Source of the DNA: Glycera tridactyla
Taxonomy: Eukaryota
Length of the DNA stretch: 64,000 bases
Reading direction: 5' to 3'
NCBI GenBank assembly: GCA_965644265.1
Contig: OZ286461.1
Coordinates: 76,012,001-76,076,000, forward strand
Below, in pieces: positions 36,101 through 47,683 of the stretch (position 1 is its first letter; each line of letters opens with the position of its first letter). A model generated the notes under the pieces. The model saw only the letters and a list, made by a program, of their open reading frames with translations. It made no database searches and was not told where the DNA came from. Position numbers and translations under genes: made by a program.

Positions 36101-39100
36101 CAGAGTATTATGGAACAGATTATCCTGTGACCACTAGAATGATGCGTCTTGCTATCTAATGTCTCTGGGAGGGTGCAGGGTGAGGGGTAGTGATGGGAGT
36201 GTTGCTGGCAAGTGGTTGTCATGGGGACGACATCCTCACTCAACAGGAGCCCCTTGATTGAAGAATTTACCTATAGTTGGCTCCCTTCACAGTTGGTATA
36301 GTGTCCATCGGAGTATGCCCAAATGATGCCACTCTGGTGACTAGGCATGAGGCATTAGGGAGCCACATCATAAAATGGAATGGACTGTAGCAGGATGCAG
36401 TACCAGTCACCTCCAAAAAGCGTAATAATTGACTACCAGATCGTAATGGCGTAATATAGGGTTGAAAATCGTAATCATTACACCAAAATCGTAATGGTTG
36501 GCATCTCTGCAAATACTTCTAAAATGACCTCTGATGAGCGACCACCTGTCTAACGCGACCAGCGACTGGCCTAAATAGTACCAGATTACCTGCGACGAAC
36601 GACTCCAAATCAACTCACTTCACGCTTCACTGAAGAAGAACTATAGCCTATTGGCCAGTCATTTGAGCCGAATTGCTCACATAGAAACACGGTGTCGCTG
36701 AACACAGTGTCGCTGAGATTACATGTCTACATGATGGGTTATCAGCTTTTGTTGTTGTAACCTTCTTCGTGGTACGTTGGTCTCTCTGTAAATGTTGATA
36801 TAACACACTGTGATTAGTCATCATTTGTGGTTATGCACTCTGTATGGTTTCGGTTGGCGCTTTAGTTTCTCAGTCCTGAGCAGCTGTTAAGAAACTTTGT
36901 AATAACCCTTCTAATTGTACAAGAAAATCCATCACTCATTCGCTCAAAACAGTATTGCGCAACAGCCTGAAGCCTCTCTCTTGGCTAACATGTGACAAGA
37001 CGGCTCGAAAAACATTTTTTTTCTCTGATGAACGATCTTTCAACGGATGACATTTCTGCGCTTTGACATTTCTGCGTTTTGAAGGTTAAAATCGTCCATG
37101 TATTCTTTTATTAATATTGTTGGTGGAACAGGGATGCCGTCTTTGATGTGATCTTAAAATAGATGCTCGCATAAATTATGCTTAATGAGGGCTTCCCTCG
37201 AAGAACATGGTTTTATGCAGTTAATTTGATGCAGCTGAAAACGCATGCACTTTACCGTTTCTGGCGAATAATGGCGATATTTCCTCATGAAAACACTGGT
37301 TTTGTTAAGAATGGAGTCTATATATGACCTCTCCATGTGATTTGCGTGTATTTCGCGAAACATCGTCGATCATCAATGTTTATTCAGCGAAAGATTAGTG
37401 GGCAATATAGGGAGTATTTGCTATGTATACATGTGTTCGCGACTGGGCCCAGTTGACCGAACCTGCGACCAGCGACCACCTGTCTTGAACGACCACTTTT
37501 TCGTGCTTTCTAAGTTGGTTGCTCGTCACAGGTTTTAGTGTACAATGTAATGAAGCAAATTTGTGGGAGAAAGGATGGCAATTTATTCAATGATCAAATA
37601 AGTGGACCCTGGATTTCTTGAAGTAATTTCACCTGTAGAAAGACCAAAATCCCTGCTCTTAAAGAGGAATGACTACTCTAAAAAATGATGATGGTTGGCA
37701 TCTCTGATACATACCTCCAGATGGTAGAAGATCGAGATATTTGAGCTGCCGGGATCATACAGGAACTGATTGATTTATCACATGAAACTAAATTTCCAGA
37801 CTCCTGGTAATATTCTGGGAGTAATCAATATTGTGCAAGCATACAATCAGAGATGCCAACTTTTCGTAGTAAAAATAGTAGCAGTGAAAGTATTTGCAAT
37901 GGAATAAATGAAATCTTGATTTCGCAGAGTACAATCACTTGTACATTGCAAGAATTTGTGCCTAAAAGATACAAATCCATGGATCCGCGGAACCCATCCC
38001 TGATAATGGCCATGTACCCGCCCATCTGGCAGGCAGATTGATGAAATTACCTGTCCTACCAAAAATCCACCTTTAGGCCAGGCTTCAGTATGGAGCCCAT
38101 ACTTACTTGGCTAGTGCTGAGGCTTGTGCAGCTTTGATACTGGGAAAGTCCATTGTGCCAGACTCCAGTACTTCTCGTCCGGGCAAAAATTTGAGACTGT
38201 TGGGATTGGGTGTTTCTTGCGTCTGTATGAACATTGTACGCACTGGAACATAGATGTAGGGACAGAACGCGATGAGCATGCATGCCTGTCTCAGGAAATG
38301 AAACACTATCACATGATGGACATCCTCCATGATGACCTTCATCTTTGACTCTTATCTTGAGATTTAGCCAAAATTCAAAATAGTGTCCAAAACAACAATC
38401 TCAACTACTTATCAAGAAAACAGGCTGGTCACTATCTATTTTTTCCTTTGAAATATGGAGATTTCAGGGAGGATTTCTGAAGACTGGCTCATTTGGGTGT
38501 TTGATAAGACATCTTGATACTCTTCTGGCCTCCATTGGAAATGAACCTCATCCTGTATTTCTCAGATTATACTTGCATAATTCCAGTAGTTTAGCCACTG
38601 ACAAGAGACCCCCTGATGAGCGACCACCTTAGAACAGGGCGAGAAGAGATAGCCGCCCACCTACCCGGGGCAGGTAGATTTTCCAGGTGGGCAGGGGGAA
38701 AATGAACATGAATGACATGCATATATAAGCAGGGCATGTGGATTTTTCAGGGGGGCAGGTGGATCTTCAGGATGTCTTCTCGCCCTGCAGACAGGAGACC
38801 GCTTTTTCAGAGTGGCTTTCTTATTTGACATATAATCAAATTTACTTCTGACAAAAGACCAACTCTGTTGAGAGACCGTTATTTGATGACATTTAGGGCC
38901 ATTTAGGGTTTCCCTGTACACCTCAGATTATAATTGCAGAATTTCAGAGCATTTACAACATATGTTACATAACTGCGCCCTGAAGGTCCCTCGTTGCACA
39001 GCTGATGATGGTTTATTCATTACCAGACTAGTGATGAAGAGGATGAATTACCAAGATGGGTGAGTGGTGGTACCCGTCTGTGATGTGAAGGGAATAAATC

Positions 39101-41613
39101 TGATGCACGCCATGGCTTCATCCATCTAACTCTGCCATGATGATAGTCACACCGACTGACTAAAGTTGCCAACAGTCTGTAAAATGAAAAACAATTTCTC
39201 TTAAATCAAAACTGACCACACAAGTTGACTATTCGAAAGGAAAATAGGCCTTGATGCTAAGGTTGCCCAAAGAGCATGTGCTGGAATGCCGCATCCACTT
39301 GCCAGGGGTTGGGGGGGGGGGGGGCCAATTTGACACTGAAAATGTAGGAATTTCTCTCTGGGTGTTCTAGCCTTCAAGTTCGCCTGGCCTAACCTCTGTC
39401 AAATCCAAATGTGGCGGGTACATTTCAGACGCTAACTTCATCAATTTTTGTCTGATTTGATTTTTAATGGCACGAATGGAATATACAGGTCTTCCGGCGA
39501 TTATCGAACCTAGCCTTGGGTAGTCTGTATGCTTTTGAAGAGGATTACACCATCATTTCATTGCATTTTTACAGCAAATCCGCCGCCATTATCAGCGATT
39601 ATTTGTATATGAAACAATGGGGGATACGGCTGCCACACACGCTGATATGTGAATGGGATGATGTAAACCCAATCATCACCCCACACTCCTCTTATCCCCC
39701 CCCCCCACCCCATCACCCTTCCTCCTCTAGTCAAGAGTTAGTTGTGTGTTATGTTTCTGTTTGTTTATATGTAAACTGTACTTTTTGTGATGCTTGTTTG
39801 TCATGTTTTGTCTTGTGTACTCGTGTAGCAAAATACTTTAAATGTATCAAAGTGATACTGATAAATTCAAATTCAAAAGACTTCATATTCGCCGTATCAC
39901 AAATGACAACATAGACATTACACAGAAAATAAAGCATCTACAAGATAAACACTCACAGTCAGATTCATCAATATCCCATCATATAGATTTTGATGTATCA
40001 CAAATGCAAATACAACTTCTTATATATACATACATGTATCAAATACAACTGAAGTACTTGCATACTGAAAATAGATTCTGATGTATCACAAATACGAATA
40101 TGATTATTATATACATACAATTCTTGCATTCCTGCCAATTTGGTATTCAAGAAATAGTTTGGTGACAAAAGCTTTTTCATTTCCTCTCTCCCCTCTCGTA
40201 CCTATTCATTACCTCTTGGGGCTAGTCTCCCTTAGTATTTCAGACCCATCTGCACAAAAGGTGGCAAGGCATAGGGCTAGCGGCTTGTGGTCAGCTTTCA
40301 TAATTGCGAGGAACTGGTTCTTGGGGCTGAGGCTATCTAACATAGGGATCACTTCTGCACAGGTCACGAGGAGAGTTGAACGAATGTCGGTGAGGGAAGA
40401 ACAGCTTAGGAGAAAGTCGGCTTCATCCCCTATTTCACCCGGGCAGGAGGGACAGAAACGGGAGTCCACTGGTGTTTTTGTGTGTCTGCCTCTTTCTATT
40501 TCAAGGGTGTGTGAGCTTGTACGAGGTCTGGTCAGGGCGGAGCGCTTTTTTGGGGGTTGTTGACTTGAAGGTACCGCTCGAATTCAAAGGGCCTTTTCGA
40601 ACTTCGCATACCGGTACGTCCGGATTTGTTGCCCTGGCCAGGCTTTGTGCCTGATGCTGAGTTCAGAGAGGCCATACAGAGGTCACTATACTATGGGAGA
40701 TGGGGAGATCAGACTGTACAGGGCAATTGATTGAGTTCGGGTCATCCATATCGTGGGCCGTTCCAAGAGATTCATGGATGCTGTGAAACCTGCGGGAGAT
40801 TGGCGATATTTGGCGTTCTAAGGTGATATATACACAAGAACCTCGCCGAGATTACATTTCTAATCGTCTGAAATGTATACAATGTCTGGTAGCCAGTCTC
40901 ATTTCAATCCGATACGAAATCACGATGCTAGGCCAGTTTAAAAGATTACATGTCGACTGACCGACTCGCCAATCGACCGCCACTTTTCCCTGGTCAACTG
41001 ACCCCCAGTCAATGCCAACAATTTTTTTCGATATACAGCCATAAATACATCAACTTTATCCAGTAGAAAACGATTGTTCGCACACATTTTGCTATATATC
41101 TTTGCACTCGTATTTGAAGGTGATAAACCCATTGAAAAATTATGAAACTTCAATCGAACAATCTTTCAACCCATGCCAATAGTCCCCATGTATATTGTGC
41201 AGTTGCTGAGATATTCGGCTTCAAAGTTGGGAAGTCGTTGAGGCAGGTGACTAGCGTGTTCGATGAGTCAAGGAAATAGTGTCGGTCAGTCGTCCGGCGA
41301 AAAGCGGCGGTCGATCGGCGAGTCGGTCAGTCGTCCTGAGACCGTTCAAGACGTATCCGCCGCCCGTATCCGCCACGATTAAGCTTGACAGACTTTAGCC
41401 CGGCCAATGGGCGATAATGAATGTCCCAAAAGTTGACAAACCGATTGTGTTCTAGTCTGGAATTTGTTTGCCCTATTTAAAACCTAAACTGTTGAGAAAT
41501 GATAATGGCGCATTAATTGATGTCCACAATGTAAGTTTTCACCTTGAATTACGACATATTCTAGGTGAGACAAGACCCAGTCTAACTGCGAAATTTCCGA
41601 TGGAGGCCGCCAT
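30037..41613 (-). CDS. NFU1: NFU1 iron-sulfur cluster scaffold, mitochondrial; complete, 8 exons: complement(join(30037-30126,31355-31489,32153-32262,33221-33332,34345-34411,38107-38242,39052-39176,41543-41613)); 846 nt, 281 aa
   Basis: [19 protein letters not shown] (Nfu_N), [53 protein letters not shown] (NifU-C CxxC). All introns are GT-AG with consistent phase. The N-terminus [26 protein letters not shown] is Arg/Ser-rich and acid-free, like a mitochondrial presequence. Confidence 0.97.
31355..31489 (-). CDS. NFU1: NFU1 exon 7 (CxxC motif)
   Basis: tttttcag|GGA..CAG|gtaagc; [45 protein letters not shown]. Confidence 0.97.
31849..32024. mobile_element. CAGTCGAACC-ended MITE in NFU1 intron 6
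   Basis: CAGTCGAACCTG ... CAGGTTCGACTG|ta; related copies at about 34100-34240, 34753-34890, 53190-53364 and 58165-58250. Confidence 0.8.
32153..32262 (-). CDS. NFU1: NFU1 exon 6
   Basis: ctgcag|AT GAT..ATG|gtgagt; [36 protein letters not shown]. Confidence 0.97.
33221..33332 (-). CDS. NFU1: NFU1 exon 5
   Basis: ttttcag|GTG..GCG G|gtaggt; [37 protein letters not shown]. Confidence 0.96.
34345..34411 (-). CDS. NFU1: NFU1 exon 4
   Basis: ttttcag|G CAA..AAA|gtaagt; [22 protein letters not shown]. Confidence 0.97.
34558..36509. mobile_element. Same TIR family, 6-bp TSD CAAATA, expanded by nested inserts
   Basis: caaata|CAGAGATGCCAAC ... GTTGGCATCTCTG|caaata. Confidence 0.8.
34960..35895. mobile_element. 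CpG-rich TIR element, 6-bp TSD GTATAT, nested in 34558-36509
   Basis: gtatat|CAGTGATGAAAGT ... ACTTTCATCACTG|gtatat; perfect 13-bp TIR. Confidence 0.85.
38107..38242 (-). CDS. NFU1: NFU1 exon 3
   Basis: ttccag|TG CGT..GCC AA|gtaagt; [44 protein letters not shown]. Confidence 0.97.
39052..39176 (-). CDS. NFU1: NFU1 exon 2
   Basis: ttttcattttacag|A CTG..CTT G|gtaatt; [41 protein letters not shown]. Confidence 0.78.
39870..40930 (-). mobile_element. LINE 3' fragment (RTE-X/CR1-like C-terminal zinc-knuckle region and 3'UTR) in NFU1 intron 1
   Basis: [56 protein letters not shown]; (TTTGAA)n-like tail near 39870. Confidence 0.75.
40954..41333. mobile_element. MITE-like element with ~50-bp GC-rich terminal inverted repeats in NFU1 intron 1
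   Basis: CGACTGACCGACTCGCCAATCGACCGCCACTTTTC versus the reverse complement of GAAAAGCGGCGGTCGATCGGCGAGTCGGTCAGTCG; no TSD resolved. Confidence 0.7.
41543..41613 (-). CDS. NFU1: NFU1 exon 1 (start codon, targeting peptide)
   Basis: caagATGGCGGCC..TCA AG|gtgaaa; [23 protein letters not shown]; phase 2 fits exon 2. Confidence 0.75.
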
Positions 41614-41900
41614 CTTGTGTCATGGGGGTCGTTTAGGTCATGTTAGTCCCCGAACGGAGACTCTGTAAGCCGGAATCAGCGGGAACGCAGATGGTACATC
41701 GGGATCAACAGGATAGAAGTGGTTTGATCGGAATATACCGGAAAATGCACCTAATGGGTCCCCACCCCGTCCGTTCACCCTCTGATTTGAGACCACATAT
41801 TTTGAAAAATCAAAACCACATAACGGAATAATAAAATATCCGATGAATCTACGTCTACATCTACGCTGTTACTCCAGCAGGGCCCGAACGCATGCGCGCT
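41606..41900 (-). promoter_or_regulatory. NFU1 proximal promoter region with YY1-like and NRF1-like motifs
   Basis: CAAGATGGCGGC overlaps the ATG (41606-41617, - strand); ACGCATGCGCG lies at about 41888-41898; locally CpG-rich. Confidence 0.45.
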
Positions 41901-42254
41901 GGATGTGCTCTGTTTTAGTAATGCCGGAGTCTCTCTTCGAAGGTTTCTTCTTCGTCTTCTCCTTCCCAATGAGTACAGTATCCCTATAGTTGGGGCATTC
42001 TCATACTGCAAACTGTGCATTTGTGGTGCAGGGAAACAACAGCGTATAGCCGAGGTGCAGTATTACTCGATAAAAGTCCTCGTAAAAGTATTAGTTATAC
42101 ACCATGTTAAACCGCACAAAAGTCACGACAGGAGGAAACGCGAAATGGCGCTTCTTGCGCGAGACGCCTAGTGCATTGGTACTTCCGCCCCATGCACCCA
42201 GCATGATGCTCTCTCTCTCATCATGTTTGATGTGACGATAAAAGCAAGTAGCAA

Positions 42255-42357
42255 GAAGCCACGGCTGCAGAAAAGGTGTGAAGCCATGGCTGCAGAAAAG
42301 TGTGAAGCCACGGTTGCAGGAAAAGGTGTGCAGCCACGGCTGCGGAAAAAGTGTGAC
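42255..42357. repeat. ~25-bp minisatellite, about 4 copies
   Basis: Unit GAAGCCACGGCTGCAGAAAAGGTGT. Confidence 0.8.
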
Positions 42358-42768
42358 CAACAACGCCTGTACTCTCCCATCAAACTACCATCCTTCAGTG
42401 ATTTACTTAGCCCCGTTCCCCCCCCCCCCACTTTCTCTCACCCACTTTCTTGCCTGCCTGCCTGCCTGCCTGCTGGAGGGAGGGAGGGGGAGGGGGGATG
42501 GGGACGAGTTGAGAGAGAGGAAGAGAGAGAGAGAGAGCAAGAGAGAGAGGGGAGAGAGAGAAGCTCGATCACCCAATTTGTCAATATATTTGACAGAGAG
42601 AGGGTGATTTTTGGTCACGGGGTCCTGTATGAAGTGATGATCAAAGTTAGAGGACACGGGGGACAAGCCACGGTCAGAAGTGAAAAGCCACAGTCAGAGA
42701 GGTGTGAAAAACTGCACTAAGACATCACACTTCAGTGATTCACAGAATGCCTTCATCTGTCTCTCTCT

Positions 42769-42818
<50 letters not shown>

Positions 42819-42944
42819 GGACTGAACGGGAAGTAGCTTTGCACGAGCACTGCGACACAATAATGCTCTAGACAAGCCACCAGATGGCGCACTTTCGCCT
42901 CCGTGAAATCGGCAATGGCGTCATGTATATGTTCAACTGAAAAC

Positions 42945-44178
42945 CCATTTCTTCTTCTAGACAAGACAAAGTGTGGCTGCTTGACGCTTAAAAGTGTCAG
43001 GTGGAAGCCAAGTCACTTCCACTGGGATCATGTACCACAGACGGGCAGCTGCTGGGGAGAAGCTATGCTGGTAGATCTGAGAGCGGGCGTAAGGGATGAT
43101 AAATCGCCAGGCATCTTCCGGACCGATGTTTCTGTTCGACTGTTGGAGGTATTGATGAATGTTAAGCTCAACAATACTGTGGGTGATCTTGTAGAGCATG
43201 ATGGCTCTTGCTTGTCGACGTTGCTGCTCTAGTGACTGCCAGTTGAGGTGTGTCAGCATGTCGGTAACATTACTCATTCGGTTGAAGACTGACATCACGT
43301 ATCTTGCTGCTTTCCGCTGCACACTCTCAATCTTGTTGACGTTTCGTTGTGTGTGTGGTGACCATACTGTCGCAGCATATTCTACTGTAGGGCGGACCAA
43401 CATCTTATAGGCCTCCACTTTTACCTGTCGGGTGCAACACTGTGTGTTCCGCTGAAGCATTATGCGAGTGGTGTTGGCTTTGGCTGTGATCTTATCTACA
43501 TGCGCATTGAAGTTCAGCTTCTTGTCGATCTCCAGCCCGAGGTACTTGGAAGATTCCACAAGTGCTAGTTGGTGCCCATGGATAAAGTATTTCGCTTCTA
43601 CTGGCTTCTTCTCGAGAGTAATGCACAGGATTTCACATTTATCGGGGTTGAATTGCATTTGCCAGGTGTGTTCCCACTGTTGGATGCGATCTAGATCTTC
43701 TCGTAGGGCCATGGCATCCGCATTGCATGTAATCTCACAATATAGTAGTGAGTCGTCGGCATACAGTCGAGTATTTGAGGTGATGTTGTCATTGATGTCG
43801 TTGATGTAACACAGGAACAACAACGGCCCTAGAACCATTCCCCGAGGTACACCACTTCTCAACGGCGATTCCTGGGACTTCTTTCCCTCACAAACCACTC
43901 TCTGCCTACGGTTTCTCAGGAAGCATTCAATCCACACGCATGTGGTGCCTCCGATGCCATAGTACCTCAGTTTCTGCAGTAGACGACTATGCGGCACCTA
44001 GTCGGCAACTTCAAGAAATCTAGTAGTATGGCATCAATCTGGCTCTTGTCTTCTACTGCTCTCACGAAGTCCTGAATTGTTGCAATCAGTTGTGTCTCCG
44101 TGGATCGGCGCTTCCTGAAGCCATGCTGTGCATTGTTTAAGATGTCACAGGACTCTAGAACATCTGTTTTCAGAAACA
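42945..44178 (-). mobile_element. 5'-truncated CR1-type LINE (reverse transcriptase and C-terminus)
   Basis: QHGFRKRRSTETQL..LDF / PHSRLLQKLRYYGI..SGVPRGMVLGPLLFLCYINDI..RLYADD..WQMQFNPDKC..KYLG..RPTVEYA..IESVQRKAAR; one frameshift near 44010; short (AAG)n tail after the stop. Confidence 0.93.
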
Positions 44179-45102
44179 AAAATGAAAGTGAGTAAGCAAG
44201 TTATCAAGTTAGGATTTGTTGCTGCTGCAATGGACTTGTTTCTGATTTTTGCCTGTCATCTTTTCTTATTACTATTATATGGGTAGTGTATGTTGTGCTT
44301 TTGAAGGCAAGTACTTCATAAATTGCATATTTCAAAAGGTCTGCCTTGCTACATCTGCCAACTGTTGGCCTATATTGTTCATGTTGACCCATAACCATAT
44401 CAGTTTGATAATAGGTAAACTTCTCTACAGGTGCAGATCTAGGCATGTTTGGGTAAACTTGCATTCATTACATCTCATTTGGTTATGAATAGCGGTTCTT
44501 CAATGACTAGTGAAAGTGTACATGCTGCCACTCATGCTGCGTCTTAATAAGTCTACAGCTCAACAACAATATTTCATGCAAATTTATTCAAACATTGCTG
44601 ATTGGTGCTGGTTGGAATTTCAGGTGCACCGAATGGCTGTGTTAGTCGCCGTCCTGTCCCATGTACGTATGTTTGCCAGTTTACTTATGATATACACCCT
44701 GATCAATGAAGGAATAGATAGGGATTATTAATTGACATTGAATGATATTCCAGATCATTAAATGTTCACTTAATGATAATAACTTTGGCAAACTGGGTAT
44801 ATTTCCATGTAGACATCACATTCTCCTGGGATTATTTCTTGATGCATCAAGAAGTCTTCTCTTGTTGAGTGAGAAAGCATAACCATCAGCTGACCCCAAG
44901 AATAAACATTAAGGGCAAAGAAGACTGCAATGAAAACTACAACAATACTCATTGAGAATTAAGACATTATGTCAACTGTGACATAAATGCGAGTCCGGTT
45001 ACTGCTTCATATCAAATTGTAAGGATCAATCAAGTTAGAGAATGTATGATATGGGACTCTGTAAAACTGAACAGGGTCAAATTTCAATTTTTTTTCCTGC
45101 AA

Positions 45103-47476
45103 ACTTCCGGTGGCCAAAGCAAATGTGCTTGGCAATATGCCAGGCCATGAAGAACATGTGGCCGATTTGCCAAAAGAGGCTGCAGTTATATGGGATACGA
45201 ATGCAACTGTTCCTGGTAAGTGATCGCATGTAACTATTTCATATGAACTGCAGTTGTCCAAAGAGAATTGTTCCCAACCTTTTTGGGAAAGGACAAAAAT
45301 GTCAAATACTGACACTATCACTAGTGGATGACGATCATCGTGGTTATAAGTGTTCTAACATGTTATTACTTCTGATTATTGTGGTACAGCATGAGTTCAT
45401 AAATAATCATTTAGTGATTTGCATGGCTATTCAAGAAAGAATTTCAATATTTAATAGTAACTATACTTATGCTAATACCAGTAAGGCCCAATACCCATAG
45501 TGATGGGAATAACAACAAGAACTAATCAAGAACTGTGTTTCTTCTCCTTTAATGGGAGGAATCAAAATGAGCAACATTTGCCACACGGGAGGTGCATATC
45601 TCCATCACACTCAACAGTAACTGTCATTCCAGTTGGTAGTCTCACTGAGAAATCAGAAAGTCAGGGTTATTCTTTTCTCTGCACGTCAACCTCCATACTC
45701 CGAAACATAAATAAATGTAAACTGAGTGTTATTTCGTACATATATAGTATATGTTGGGGACTTTCGCTAGATTTGCCATCAGACAATTATTGAATTAGAG
45801 GCCAAGGTGTACATGTGACATCTGTTTTGTTGCAGAACCTGGTATGTCAGTGATCCTCACTCCCCTGATCAGAGCAGCGACAGGAGTAGATGCGCAATTG
45901 GTTGATGGTATGTAAAAAAAATAGTTTGGTGTATTGAGTATCCAATGGGACTCCAATCATCACAGGCTGGTCCTTATCTGGTTAGGGTGTGATGGTTTCA
46001 AGTATGTGGAAAGTCTTCTTGTTGCGACATAATGACCAAAGACAAACCAGTCATTCGAGCTCATTCCGCATAAAATCATTTTCACTGGCTTCGGACGGCA
46101 TCAGCAATAGTGGAATGTTCCTAAAGAAATCTGGCATTCAAGTTTTAATAAATCATGAACTGAATCATCAAACTCATATTACAATTGAGAGAAAATATAT
46201 AACAGATGCTAGTCACAGAGATGCCGCCAGGCCGCGCGATCGCGGGATGCTCGCGATCCCTCCATCATCGCCCGCGCTACATGAGCATCACTGCGTGAAC
46301 GAAAACGCGATATCCCGCGATTAGATTCAGCCATTGCGCGAACAAAAATCGAGAAATATGCGGAAAACGTTAGTCATTTCTTCAAACACGAACGATATTC
46401 GGCCATCTTGATCGAGAACTGCGCAGCTTTTGCCGTGTGACTCGTAAAAACGTCTTCTGCGCATGTTGTTTTCGCGTTAGTTCCCGATAATTCCGCGATG
46501 TGGCGCTGATCGCAGCGCCACTCAGCACCTGGTGTGATTAATGCGAACTATCGGCAGCTTCGTTTTGGCGCGAAAATTTGAATGCTAGTATGGTGAACGT
46601 GTCAGATTGACTAAGTACCCAATCAATGAGTGGGGTTATTCCAATAATAGTCAAACCTGCTCGAACCACCTTCCCTAAAAGACCACTTTCCTACTAAAAC
46701 CCCTTTTTTCATCCAACCAGTTGCAATGATTTAACATACTTTTTTTCAAACAAATTTTATTTGATTTCTATTTGAATTGGCTATAGTGTTGTACAATTTA
46801 ATGTCATAATACGATTTCCAGGTATTGAAAAACGTTCCTGAAAATTGGAAATGAAGATCCCCCTCTTCATATGTCAAATCCCCCTCATCTCAGAAGTCTG
46901 GGGGGGAATTCCCCCTCCGGGAAAAAATCCTGGAAGCATCTCTGTAGTCATGAAATTTGATCTTGATGTCAAATCTTAATTCCCACAAAAAAAAATCAAA
47001 CAAGATTGATTCTGTGAAACTGTTTATCATGATACACCATTGAAATGTAAAAATCACAATTTTGAAAATAATCAAAATTGATTCTATTTCCAGATAAAAG
47101 TCCAGTTCCTACACCTCCTAAAAGGGCGCATACCCAGATATCAATTGATGGTGAGTAGGACTTTTACTACCCTGTCACAGTTTTTTATTCATTGTGTTCT
47201 TGGAGTTGGTTGTGGACTCCCCAGACTTATTCCGTGACACAATATGCCCTCTCAATCCTCTATTCATTCAACCATGTTTTTTTTGTGATTATCTACTCTT
47301 CCAGTACAATTACTAGTTGTTTGACTGCATGCCTGATTAATTTCTTTATTTTCTCTTCATGAGCAGAAAAGTTCCTGGAGAAGATGGACACTCTGATTGA
47401 GGTCAAGAAGAAGCGCAATGCGCTACTAAATCAGCAAAACAAATTGCTCGATCTGCAAGCTGGATCTGCAAACTGA
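45103..47476 (+). pseudogene. Multi-exon ORF remnant convergent with the Harbinger transposase (candidate Harbinger second gene); exons at about 45103-45215, 45836-45907, 47094-47150, 47367-47476
   Basis: Three phase-1 GT-AG introns join ..DTNATVP / EPGMSVILTPLIRAATGVDAQLVD / DKSPVPTPPKRAHTQISID / EKFLEKMDTLIEVKKKRNALLNQQNKLLDLQAGSAN*, ending in a coiled-coil-like stretch about 200 bp from the transposase stop. I could not find the Myb/SANT domain itself. Confidence 0.4.
46216..46944. mobile_element. TIR element, 6-bp TSD TAGTCA
   Basis: tagtca|CAGAGATGC ... GCATCTCTG|tagtca; CpG-rich interior. Confidence 0.8.
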
Positions 47477-47683
47477 GCAGATGTCATCCTAATGAGGTAA
47501 GTTACAGTTGGATAGTGTGAGGAATAGGGGAATTTCACAAGTTGCATCCATCGCTGAAAATTCTGTATCTAACCATTAAATATATACCTCAAATGAAATT
47601 CCATTTACAATTGAATTCAGACCCACTGAATAAGACAATGCTCACAACTATTTGTATTGCACCAGGGGTAAAGTAATTTTTAC

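Larger units (their letters stand above)
34474..37520. mobile_element. TA-flanked MITE split by nested insertions in NFU1 intron 3
   Basis: Left end ta|CAGTGAAACCTGTCATGAGCGACC; interior resumes after 36509; right end GTTGCTCGTCACAGGTTTTAGTG|ta. Confidence 0.6.
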
